A stretch of DNA of 64,000 nt, from NCBI GenBank assembly GCA_030426805.1, contig JAUHXU010000006.1, positions 199,716 through 263,715 of the forward strand. The letters run 5' to 3'. Under the pieces are notes generated by a model. The model was not told the origin of the DNA, ran no database searches, and saw only the letters and a program-made list of their open reading frames with translations. Numbering within the stretch: the stretch's first letter is position 1; each line of letters starts with the position of its first letter. This DNA is from a bacterium (GTDB lineage Bacteria; Planctomycetota; JAFGQW01). A program made the translations under genes and the position numbers. Positions 1 through 8,342 of the stretch are shown here, piece after piece.

Positions 1-888
1 GGCGGGCGGGACGGTCGGCTGGTCTGCGTCGACCTGCGCGCGCACACCGTGTTGTGGCGCAAGCGATTCACCGGCCTCAACGACAACGCGACCGCCCCGT
101 GCCAGTCGGCCGACGCGGTGTTCACCGGCAGCGTCGAGACGGGTCTCTTCCGCCTCGACCCGGTCGACGGGGAACAGCAGTGGCGCGTGCTCGCCAAGGA
201 GGACGAGCACTTCTCGTGGCGCCCGCTTCTCCGCGGCCCGCTCGTCATCGCGGCCGGCGCCCGCGGCGCCGTCGTCGGTGTCATCGCGGAGACCGGTGCG
301 CCGGTGTGGCGCGCGTCGCACGGACCGTTCTCGACGCATCCGGTGGCGAGCGATCGACGTGTGTTCATCGGGCGTCCCTCGGGCGACCTGATTGCGATCG
401 ATCCCACGAGCGGCGAGCTGGTCGGCGTGCAGGACACCGACGGGATTCCGGTCGGCATGCCGGTGATCGCCGACGACGCGCTCGTCGTCGTGACCCGAAC
501 CGGTGCCGTGCACGTGTTCGACGTCGACACGTTCGAGCCGCGATGGCGCGCGCGCGCTGGCGGCGCGACCCGCGCTGCGCCGGTGGTCGCTGACGGCTCG
601 GTCTACGTGACGCTCGGCGACGGTGCGATCGTCCGGCTGCGCCTCTCCGACGGTGCGCGCCTCGCCGAGTCGACCGGCAACGGCACGCCGCTCGCCGGCG
701 GTGCGGTCATCGGTCCCGACGGCCTCTACGTCGGCGGCGAGGACGGTGTCGTGCGGATGTTCGACGGCACATCGCTCGAGGAGTTGTGGGCGACGGACCT
801 CGGTGAGCCGATTCGCGGCGGCCTGGTGCGTTGGGGCGACGCGATCGTCGTCACGACCACCGCCGGCCGGATCTACCTGTTCGAGTAA
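1..888 (+). CDS. PQQ-like beta-propeller repeat protein (BamB-like), 5' partial
   Basis: Open frame runs from the window edge to the stop at 886-888. Repeated 'G.VY..T.DG.L.A.D..TGE..W' blades are typical of PQQ/BamB-type beta-propellers. The ORF track M at 49 is probably internal. Confidence 0.6.
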   Translation, partial: GGRDGRLVCVDLRAHTVLWRKRFTGLNDNATAPCQSADAVFTGSVETGLFRLDPVDGEQQWRVLAKEDEHFSWRPLLRGPLVIAAGARGAVVGVIAETGAPVWRASHGPFSTHPVASDRRVFIGRPSGDLIAIDPTSGELVGVQDTDGIPVGMPVIADDALVVVTRTGAVHVFDVDTFEPRWRARAGGATRAAPVVADGSVYVTLGDGAIVRLRLSDGARLAESTGNGTPLAGGAVIGPDGLYVGGEDGVVRMFDGTSLEELWATDLGEPIRGGLVRWGDAIVVTTTAGRIYLFE

Positions 889-965
889 CGGCATCAAGGA
901 GTGGCCGCGGAGCGCCGATAAGGACCGGGCAAGCGGGGGCAACGCGGGAGCGTAGGAGTAGACGA

Positions 966-2108
966 GTGAAGGGCTTGGGCAAGGACCTCTTCGCGCAGAT
1001 GCGCCGGAGTCGGCAACTCCGCCAGACGCGCAAACACCCGTCCCCGACGGCGTGGGCGACGCTCGGAGAGCGTCACCTCGCTGCCGGCGAGGCCGACCAC
1101 GCGCTCGCGATCGTCGAAGAGGGTCTACAGGACTTTCCGACGAACGATCGGTTGCTCGCGCTACGCCAGGCGATCCAGAAGGAGAACCTGCGTGAACGCG
1201 TCCGCGGCCTGCGGCAGAGCATCCGTCGCCGACCCGACCCGTATCTCTATGCGCGCCTGGCCGACGTCTTTCGCGAACTCGGAGAGCTGAACAAGGCCGA
1301 GCGGATCGCCGAGGAGTGCAAGGGGCGTTTTCCCGGCGACGAGAACCCCTACCTGGTGATCGGCGAGATCCGAGCGGGGCGGTTCCGCAGCGGGCTGATG
1401 GCCCGTGACGGCAAGATCGCGATCGACAACCTCGAGCAGGCGATCCAGATCAACCCCGAGAACTACAAGGCGCGCCTGCAACTCGCCGAGATCTACGCGG
1501 CGCTCGGAGCGAACTCGCGTGCGCTGCCGCACCTGCTGCACCTCGCCGAGGAGACGCCCGAGGACGCCCACCTGCGGGACCTGATCTCGGAGGTCGGGGC
1601 GCGCCCGGTCGAAGAGGGTGACGTCGCGTCGCTGCTGCGCGTCGCGGAGCGCAAGCGCAGCACCCCGTACGACTTCCACGACGCCGACCGCGGCGTCGAC
1701 GAGGAGGAGTCGGTGGCCCCGTCCGTCGATCTCACCGTGCTGCGTCGCGGCACGATGGCGCTGTTCGCGATTCGCGAGGTGGTCGCCCTGTACGTCGCTT
1801 CTGACGAGCACGGCGTCGTCGAGGCCCGGGAGAATCCCCAGGCCTCGGGTCAATCGTTCCGAGAAGCAGCAGCGAAAATTCTCAAGGCCGCCAAAGCCTC
1901 GTCCCGAAAGATGGATATGGGCGGTTTCGCCAAGGGATTCCTCGAGGGGTCCTTCGGGCGGATCGTCCTGCGTCGTACCCACGGCGTCGAAATCGCGCTG
2001 CTCCTCGAGGGGAGCGCGTCTTTCGGAGCGGTGGCGCGGCATGTGGACGCCTTTTTCGATGGCGTCTTCGGACAGAAGCGGAAGGGCTCTCGTGCAGGAC
2101 GTTCTTGA
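966..2108 (+). CDS. TPR-repeat protein with C-terminal roadblock/LC7-like domain
   Basis: GTG at 966 follows an AGGAG-like tract. The N-terminal half is TPR-like helical repeats (LGELNKAERIAEE..., YKARLQLAEIYAALG). The C-terminal ~110 aa resemble a roadblock/LC7 fold (MALFAIREVVALYVASDEHGVVEAR ... EIALLLEGSASFGAVARHVDAFF). The stop overlaps the next gene. Confidence 0.5.
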   Translation: MKGLGKDLFAQMRRSRQLRQTRKHPSPTAWATLGERHLAAGEADHALAIVEEGLQDFPTNDRLLALRQAIQKENLRERVRGLRQSIRRRPDPYLYARLADVFRELGELNKAERIAEECKGRFPGDENPYLVIGEIRAGRFRSGLMARDGKIAIDNLEQAIQINPENYKARLQLAEIYAALGANSRALPHLLHLAEETPEDAHLRDLISEVGARPVEEGDVASLLRVAERKRSTPYDFHDADRGVDEEESVAPSVDLTVLRRGTMALFAIREVVALYVASDEHGVVEARENPQASGQSFREAAAKILKAAKASSRKMDMGGFAKGFLEGSFGRIVLRRTHGVEIALLLEGSASFGAVARHVDAFFDGVFGQKRKGSRAGRS

Positions 2109-2460
2109 CAACCTGAACCAAGAGCTCGGCGTACGAGGCAGTCTCGTCGTCACCGAGGACGGTGTCGTCGCTGCCGCGAGCCTGCTTCGAGAAGAAGACC
2201 GCGATCTGCTCGGGGCGCTCGCAACGGATATTTCGGCGAAGGTACGTTCCGCGCTTCGCGAGGGCGGGATCGAGGGGCACAAGCGCCTCGTGCTCGATGC
2301 GGAGTACGGTCGAATCGTTCTTTACGACTTGGATGTGGCCGCGCTGGTGGTCGTGCTCGACCGCACGATCAACCCAGACGCGACGATGATAGAGATCGAG
2401 AGCGCCGCGGCGCGAATCCGGCGCGTTGGTCGTTTTACCGCTTCGGCGAACGAAGCATAG
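2092..2460 (+). CDS. mglB: Roadblock/LC7 domain protein (MglB-like GTPase-activating protein)
   Basis: GTG at 2092 is in frame and overlaps the upstream stop. Roadblock signature present: GVRGSLVVTEDGVVAASLLREEDRDLLGALATDIS ... GRIVLYDLDVAALVVVLDRTINP. It sits immediately upstream of the MglA-like GTPase, as in mglBA operons. Confidence 0.65.
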   Translation: MQDVLDNLNQELGVRGSLVVTEDGVVAAASLLREEDRDLLGALATDISAKVRSALREGGIEGHKRLVLDAEYGRIVLYDLDVAALVVVLDRTINPDATMIEIESAAARIRRVGRFTASANEA

Positions 2461-2474
2461 GGGGAGTCCCGGCA

Positions 2475-3509
2475 ATGGTGCAGATCAACTTCGCCCTGCG
2501 GGAAGTGAATTGCAAGATCGTCTATTACGGACCGGGGATGAGTGGCAAGACCACCAACCTGGAGATCGTGCACAAGAAAGCTCCGCAGGAGAACAAGGGC
2601 GACCTCACGAGCATCGCGACCGAAGGCGATCGCACGCTGTTCTTCGACTTCATGCCCCTCGACTTGGGTAACGTCGCGGGCATGCGGACGAAGTTCCAGC
2701 TCTACACGGTGCCCGGCCAGGTCTACTACAACTCGACCCGCAAGCTCGTGCTGCAGGGGGCGGACGGCGTGATCTTCGTCGCCGACTCGTCGCGCTCGAA
2801 GCTCAAGGACAACATCGAGAGTTGGAACAACCTCGTCGAGAACCTGCAGGAGTACGGCAAGGACATCAAAGACGTCCCCGTCGTCGTGCAGTGGAACAAG
2901 CGCGACCTGCCGGACGCGATGGACAAGGAAGAGCTCGAAGAGAAGCTCAACCCGCTCGGCGTTCCGACGTTCGAGGCCGTCGCGATCACCGGCGAGGGCG
3001 TCTTCCCGACGCTGAAGGCACTGAGTGCGCTCGTGCTCGAGAGCCTCAACCGTGGCGGCAGCTCGGCGGCGCCGAGTGAGGCAGCCGAACCGGCAGCGCT
3101 CGCGACGCCTGCTGCGGCACCCGCCGCGGCGGCAGCGACCGCGGCACCGGCTCGCACCGGCGGCGGTGGCGGTGCTTCGCGCATCAGCCGTCCGGTCGGC
3201 GGCGCACCGGGTGCCGGTGGCGCACCGGCCGCCGGCGGCGGGATGGCGCCGCCGGAGGGTGGCTCGGGTCGTACGCCGATGCGGCGTGCACCGCAGCCCG
3301 CGGCTCGCCAACCCGCGGCGGCTGCCGCGACGTCGGCACCGCGCCCGCGTTCGGCTCCGCGTCCGCGACCGGCACAGCAGGCACAGCCCGCACCGGCGGC
3401 ATCGTCCGGCAACCGCGGTCTGATGGTCACGATCATCGTCTTGCTCGTGCTGATCGGCGCGGGTGCCGCGGCCTGGGTGTTCCGAGCGCAGCTCGGCCTG
3501 AACTTCTGA
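2475..3509 (+). CDS. mglA: MglA-like Ras-family small GTPase with C-terminal Ala/Pro/Gly-rich linker and predicted C-terminal TM helix
   Basis: RBS GGGGGAG precedes the ATG. The first ~195 aa are close to MglA (MVQINF..REVNCKIVYYGPGMSGKTTNL, TEGDRTLFFDF, YTVPGQV, QWNKRDL). The frame then continues ~150 aa of low-complexity A/P/G and ends ...NRGLMVTIIVLLVLIGAGAAAWVF. The next gene's RBS and ATG follow directly. Confidence 0.8.
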   Translation: MVQINFALREVNCKIVYYGPGMSGKTTNLEIVHKKAPQENKGDLTSIATEGDRTLFFDFMPLDLGNVAGMRTKFQLYTVPGQVYYNSTRKLVLQGADGVIFVADSSRSKLKDNIESWNNLVENLQEYGKDIKDVPVVVQWNKRDLPDAMDKEELEEKLNPLGVPTFEAVAITGEGVFPTLKALSALVLESLNRGGSSAAPSEAAEPAALATPAAAPAAAAATAAPARTGGGGGASRISRPVGGAPGAGGAPAAGGGMAPPEGGSGRTPMRRAPQPAARQPAAAAATSAPRPRSAPRPRPAQQAQPAPAASSGNRGLMVTIIVLLVLIGAGAAAWVFRAQLGLNF

Positions 3510-3540
3510 GCCGACGCCGGCGCGAAAGGGGAACCCGCGA

Positions 3541-4053
3541 ATGGGACAGGCGAAGTCCGACCAGCGTTTGCGCGAAGAGCGCCTGGTCTTCTACCGCGAG
3601 GACATCGCCCGGATCGACGAGATCCTGGGCGACTTCCTCGACGCGAGCGCCGCGAAGTGCGCGCTGCTCGTCGACAAGGAAGGCCACATGGTCACGAAGC
3701 GGGGCAACACCTCGAGCTTCGACCTCGACACGATCTGCGCGCTCGTCGCCGGCAGCTTCGCCGCGACCAAGGAGATGGCGCGCTTGCTCGGCGAGACGGA
3801 GTTCACGGTGATGTTCCACCAGGGCAAGCGGGACAACATCCAGCTCGCGCTGGTCGGTGATCGCACGCTGCTGACCGTGATCTTCGACGACAAGACCACG
3901 CTCGGCATGGTCCGCCTCTACGCCAACGAGACGGCCAAGGAGCTGACCGAGGTCTTCGAGCGTCGCCTCGGCGCACCGCCTCGCGACAGCGAGAACCTCG
4001 ATCAGGGCTTCTCGACCGGCGCACAGGACGCGCTGGACGACATCTTCGGGTAG
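3541..4053 (+). CDS. Roadblock/LC7 domain protein (second MglB/MglC-like)
   Basis: RBS GAAAGGGGAA precedes the ATG at 3541. Roadblock signature present: CALLVDKEGHMVTKRGNTSSFDLDTICALVAGSFAAT...NIQLALVGDRTLLTVIFDDKTTLGMV. Confidence 0.65.
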   Translation: MGQAKSDQRLREERLVFYREDIARIDEILGDFLDASAAKCALLVDKEGHMVTKRGNTSSFDLDTICALVAGSFAATKEMARLLGETEFTVMFHQGKRDNIQLALVGDRTLLTVIFDDKTTLGMVRLYANETAKELTEVFERRLGAPPRDSENLDQGFSTGAQDALDDIFG

Positions 4054-4160
4054 GGCTCCGGCGCCGACTTCGGTCACCGGGTCGCCATCGTCGCGCATTT
4101 GGGCGATGATGTAGGGCCGGCCGCACCCTGCGGTCGGCTACCCGATCCGGAGGTCCCGTC

Positions 4161-4937
4161 ATGAACATCCGTCCTGCCGTCGCGGCCCTCGCGACGCTCC
4201 TCGCCCTCGGTGCCACCGCCACGACCCAGCTGTCGGTCGAGGTGAAAGGCCCCGTGCCGCAGGGGAGCAACGTCTTCACCTACATCGAGGCGACCGTACC
4301 GACCGAGTTGCGCAGCGCGTGTCCCGAGGAGATTCGCGCCGGAAGCCCGATCGGCCCGGTCGTTCGTGGTCCCGGCCCGTGCATCCTGCTCCTCGTCGTC
4401 GTCGGGCCGAACAGCCCGTACACGAACCTCGGTTGGGACGGGCGGGACTCGAACCGGGCGCCGGTCGCCCCCGGCACCTACTACATGAAGATCGCCCACC
4501 GCCCGGTGAACACCAACGTGCCGTGGACCGATCACTGGGTGCCGGTGCACATCACCCCGCAGACCCCGCCGCTCGGCCCGCTGCTGTCGGCCCCGGCGAT
4601 GACGAGCGGCCAGACGTGGCCGATCTCGCTCAGCGATGCGGCGAATCCGTCGGCCTCCTACTGGATGGCCGCGTCGTTCACGACGAACCGCGGGTTCGGT
4701 TTCGGGCCGGTGCACATCGCGCTCGACATCGATCCGCTGTTCCTGCTGTCGTTCCCCGCGCCGAACCCGGCGATCTTCTCGGGCTTCCAGGGCGTGACCG
4801 ACAACGCCGGCAACGCGAGCGCGTCGATCTCGGTGCCGCCGTTTGCGCCGCGCGGCCTCCAGGTGTGCGTGCACGCGATCGTGCAGAACGGTTTGACCGT
4901 CAACGCGACGAACCCCCTCACGCGCGTCGTCCGGTAA
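4161..4937 (+). CDS. Secreted hypothetical protein, paralog family A copy 1
   Basis: Signal peptide (MNIRPAVAALATLLALGATA). Motifs SACPEEIRAGSPIGPVV, PGTYYMKI, YWMAAS, LDIDPLF, GFQGV are shared with 27262..28050 and 28277..29062. Confidence 0.7.
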   Translation: MNIRPAVAALATLLALGATATTQLSVEVKGPVPQGSNVFTYIEATVPTELRSACPEEIRAGSPIGPVVRGPGPCILLLVVVGPNSPYTNLGWDGRDSNRAPVAPGTYYMKIAHRPVNTNVPWTDHWVPVHITPQTPPLGPLLSAPAMTSGQTWPISLSDAANPSASYWMAASFTTNRGFGFGPVHIALDIDPLFLLSFPAPNPAIFSGFQGVTDNAGNASASISVPPFAPRGLQVCVHAIVQNGLTVNATNPLTRVVR

Positions 4938-4984
4938 CGGCCGGCCCCCGTTGACCCCGCCCCGTCGCTTGGTAGCCTGATCCG

Positions 4985-6331
4985 ATGGCGAAGATCATGG
5001 TCGTCGACGACGAGGCGGGGATCCGCGACTCCCTCGAGCTGATCCTGCAATACGAGCGGCATCAGATCGCCAAGTGCGCGGATGCGAAGGAGGCGCTCGC
5101 GACGCTGCCGTCGTTCGAGCCGGACCTCGTCCTGCTCGACGTCGTGATGCCCGGGATGACGGGCATCGAGCTGCTCGAACGCATCCGCGGCGATCGGCCT
5201 GACCTCGACGTGATCATGGTGTCCGGGCACGGCGACGTCGAGACCGCGATCGCGGCGACCGAGCACGGCGCGTTCGACTTCATCGACAAGCCGCTGGAGC
5301 GCGACCGGCTGCTCGTGTCGGTGCGCAACGCGCTGCGCCACAGCCAGATGCGGCGCGAGATCGCGAGTCGCTACCGGATGGTCGGCGAGAGTCCGGCGTT
5401 GCGGGCGATGCTCGCCGACGTGGACCGGGTGGCGCCGAAGGACGCGGGCGTGCTGATCGTCGGCGACAACGGCAGCGGCAAGGAACTCGTCGCCCGCAGG
5501 ATCCACGAGTTGAGCGGACGCAGCGACGGGCCGTTCGTCGACGTGAACTGTGCGGCGATTCCGCGGGATCTGATCGAGAGCGAGCTGTTCGGACACGTGC
5601 AGGGCGCGTTCACCGGCGCCGATCGCGACAAGGCCGGGAAATTCGAGCAGGCCGATCGCGGCACGCTGTTCCTCGACGAGGTCGGCGACATGGGGCTCGA
5701 GAGTCAGGCGAAGGTCCTCCGCGTGCTGCAGGAGCGCAAGGTCGAGCGCGTCGGCGGTAGCGAGACGATGCACTTCGACGTCCGGGTGATCGCGGCGACG
5801 AACAAGGACCTCCAGGAGGAGGTCGCGGAGGGACGATTCCGCGAGGATCTCTACTACCGCCTCAACGTCGTGCCGATCCGCGTGCCCTCGCTGCGCGAGC
5901 GCACCGAGGACATCCCGGCGCTCGTCGACTACTTCCTGCACGATGCGGCGCGCCGCAACGGCGTGCACCCGGCGCCGACGCTGACGGACGCGGCGCTCGC
6001 GGTGCTCCGCGGCCGGGAGTGGCGCGGCAACATCCGCGAGTTGCGCAACGTCGTGGAGCGCTTCGTGATCCTCGGGCCGGCCGACACGCTGGACGCCGGC
6101 GACATCGAGCGCTTTCTCGCGAAGACCGCGGACACCGTGTGGAGCCTGATCGACTCGGTCGAGACGTTCGAGGAGTTCAAAGAGAAGTCCGAAGCGATGT
6201 TCTTCCGTCGCAAGCTCGACGTGAACGGGTGGAACATCAAGCGCACGTCGGACTTGCTCGGCATGCAGCGCTCGAACCTCTACAAGAAGATCGAGCGCTA
6301 CGAACTGCGCAAGCCAGACGCCGACGCGTGA
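4985..6331 (+). CDS. Sigma-54-dependent Fis-family response regulator (NtrC-like)
   Basis: Receiver domain (MVVDDEAGIRDSL...LLDVVMPGMTG). AAA+ sigma54-activator motifs present (GDNGSGKELVARRIH, GAFTGA, ESELFGH). C-terminal Fis-type HTH. Confidence 0.9.
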   Translation: MAKIMVVDDEAGIRDSLELILQYERHQIAKCADAKEALATLPSFEPDLVLLDVVMPGMTGIELLERIRGDRPDLDVIMVSGHGDVETAIAATEHGAFDFIDKPLERDRLLVSVRNALRHSQMRREIASRYRMVGESPALRAMLADVDRVAPKDAGVLIVGDNGSGKELVARRIHELSGRSDGPFVDVNCAAIPRDLIESELFGHVQGAFTGADRDKAGKFEQADRGTLFLDEVGDMGLESQAKVLRVLQERKVERVGGSETMHFDVRVIAATNKDLQEEVAEGRFREDLYYRLNVVPIRVPSLRERTEDIPALVDYFLHDAARRNGVHPAPTLTDAALAVLRGREWRGNIRELRNVVERFVILGPADTLDAGDIERFLAKTADTVWSLIDSVETFEEFKEKSEAMFFRRKLDVNGWNIKRTSDLLGMQRSNLYKKIERYELRKPDADA

Positions 6332-6360
6332 TCGCGCGGCGCCATTGAGGAGCCCCGTCG

Positions 6361-8124
6361 ATGCGTCCGATCGCTCTCGTTCTGTTCGTCCTGGCGATCG
6401 CAGCTGGTGCGACCGCGTTCGTGTTGCTCTCGGGGGACGGGCCGGCGACGGTCGGCCCGGCACGTGGCGACACCCAGGAGCCATCCGACCCGGGGCGCGC
6501 GTCGCCGGCCCCGCCGGCCGAGAAGAAAGCGGCCGAGAAGACCGCCCCGCAGCCGCATGGGCCGGACACTGCGGCGCCGGAGACGGCGGTCGCCCCGGTG
6601 CGGGTCGTGTCGCGTGCGACGTCGAAGGCGATCGCCGGCGCGACGCTCGCGCACGGGGACCGGACGTGGCGCACCGACGCCGACGGCCGCGCGTCGGCAC
6701 CGATCGGCGTGTCGGTCCGCGTCGAGGCGCCGGGGTTCGTGACCGGCATCGCGCGCGTGACGACTCGCGACGGTGTCGGCCGCATCGCATTGCCGGCGGC
6801 CGCGACGATCACCGGCATCGTCCGCGATCCGACGACGACCGCGGTCGCGGGCGTCTCGGTGCGAGTCGCGATCGCGACCGAGTCACCGCTACCCGATCCG
6901 GAGGGGTTTGCCGTGATCGTCCCGCCGATCGGCGTCGTCACCGGAGCCGACGGCCGATTCGAGGTGAGCGCACCCAGCGCGGTGCCGCTCGTCGTGGACG
7001 CACTCGGCGGCTTCGGCGGTCCGGCTCGCTATGGGGCGACCCTCGCCCTCGGCCCCGGTGAGCGACGGGAGATCCAGCTGCCGTTTCGGCCGGCGGGCGT
7101 GCTGCAGGGGACCGTCCTCGGGGCCGGCGGCGCACCGGTCGCGGGCGCGACGATCACCCTCGGCGGGACGGCGGACGTCGCCCTGTCGGTCGACGGCTAC
7201 TCGCGAACCGCCGAGACCGCCGACGACGGTGGGTTCGCGATCGATGGGGTTCCGCTCGGCGCGTGGCGACTCGTCGCGTCCCCACCGGCCGGTGCCCGAT
7301 TCGCGGCGGCGGTCGCGACCGTTCGAATCGACAAGCACGGAGAGGTCGCGACCTCACAAATACGCCTCGAAACCGGGCGGACGATTCGCGGCCGCGTGCT
7401 CGGTCCGCGTGGGGCGCCGGCGGGTGGCATTCCCGTCGAGGGGTCGTGGCCGGGCGGGCTCACCGCGCGGAGCGCCGCCGACGGGACCTTCGCGGTCGGT
7501 CCGGTGCCCTCGGGCGCACACCGCGTGCGGGCGCTCGGCACCGGCGAACTGGGCAACAGCCGATGGACCGACGTCGCCGCGGACGACACGACGGTCGAGC
7601 TACGCCTGACGGTCGCCGGGAACGTCGCGATCGCCGTGACGGGCCCCGACGGCAAGCCGGTCGCCGCGACCGTCGAACTGCGGTCGGTCGATTGGGGGCT
7701 CGACGAGGCCGCGACGACGCAAGCGCGCGAGTTGCGCGACGGCTCGGCGCGGTTCGGACCGATCGCCGAGGGCCGTTACATCGCGATCGTCCGCGACCAG
7801 AAACGCTACGCGCTCGACGGCCCGTTCGCGGTGACCGCCGGTGCCGAGACGACGCGCACGATCGTGCTCCGCGACGGTGCGCACGCGACGATCGTCGTGA
7901 AACAGCCTGCGGGTGCGCCGCCGATCGAGCAGCCGGTCGCGAAGATCGTGTGCGACGGCATCCAACTCGCGCGCGGGCCGGTCGGTGCGTTCAAGGCGTT
8001 TCAGGTGCCGGCGAGTCGCCGTGTCGCGATCCGCGTCGAGTATCGACAGGGTGGCGTCGACAAGCACATCGAGCACCGGTTGTCGCTGCCGAACGGGACG
8101 AACGAGTTCGTCGAGGTGCCGTGA
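6361..8124 (+). CDS. Membrane-anchored protein with carboxypeptidase-regulatory-like (CarboxypepD_reg) repeats
   Basis: N-terminal TM/signal (IALVLFVLAIAAGATAFVLL). Repeated 'G.V.D....PVAGA.V.L' beta-sandwich modules. Paralogous to 17145..19292. Confidence 0.6.
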   Translation: MRPIALVLFVLAIAAGATAFVLLSGDGPATVGPARGDTQEPSDPGRASPAPPAEKKAAEKTAPQPHGPDTAAPETAVAPVRVVSRATSKAIAGATLAHGDRTWRTDADGRASAPIGVSVRVEAPGFVTGIARVTTRDGVGRIALPAAATITGIVRDPTTTAVAGVSVRVAIATESPLPDPEGFAVIVPPIGVVTGADGRFEVSAPSAVPLVVDALGGFGGPARYGATLALGPGERREIQLPFRPAGVLQGTVLGAGGAPVAGATITLGGTADVALSVDGYSRTAETADDGGFAIDGVPLGAWRLVASPPAGARFAAAVATVRIDKHGEVATSQIRLETGRTIRGRVLGPRGAPAGGIPVEGSWPGGLTARSAADGTFAVGPVPSGAHRVRALGTGELGNSRWTDVAADDTTVELRLTVAGNVAIAVTGPDGKPVAATVELRSVDWGLDEAATTQARELRDGSARFGPIAEGRYIAIVRDQKRYALDGPFAVTAGAETTRTIVLRDGAHATIVVKQPAGAPPIEQPVAKIVCDGIQLARGPVGAFKAFQVPASRRVAIRVEYRQGGVDKHIEHRLSLPNGTNEFVEVP

Positions 8125-8342
8125 ACGAGGCGGGCGGAGGAGCGAGCAGAAGAAAGAGTCACGGGCCCAGGAAGGGCATCAAATAATACTCTCATTCAAG
8201 TCCGCAAAGGGAAGAGAATGTGATAGGGAACCGGTTTCACATACTATTTGCCTGGAACCCGTGACTTCGTTGATTCGCTGTCTGGGCGAGGCGCGCGACG
8301 GTCAGGTCGACCGTCACGCAGACGCCCTCTTGGCCGTGAGGA

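Noticed and set aside
4658-6790. 710-aa minus-strand ORF
   Set aside because: It is antisense to the clearly homologous sigma-54 activator (4985..6331) and the start of the CarboxypepD_reg gene. The translation is Arg/Pro/Ala-rich with no motifs, the typical shadow ORF in ~70% GC DNA.
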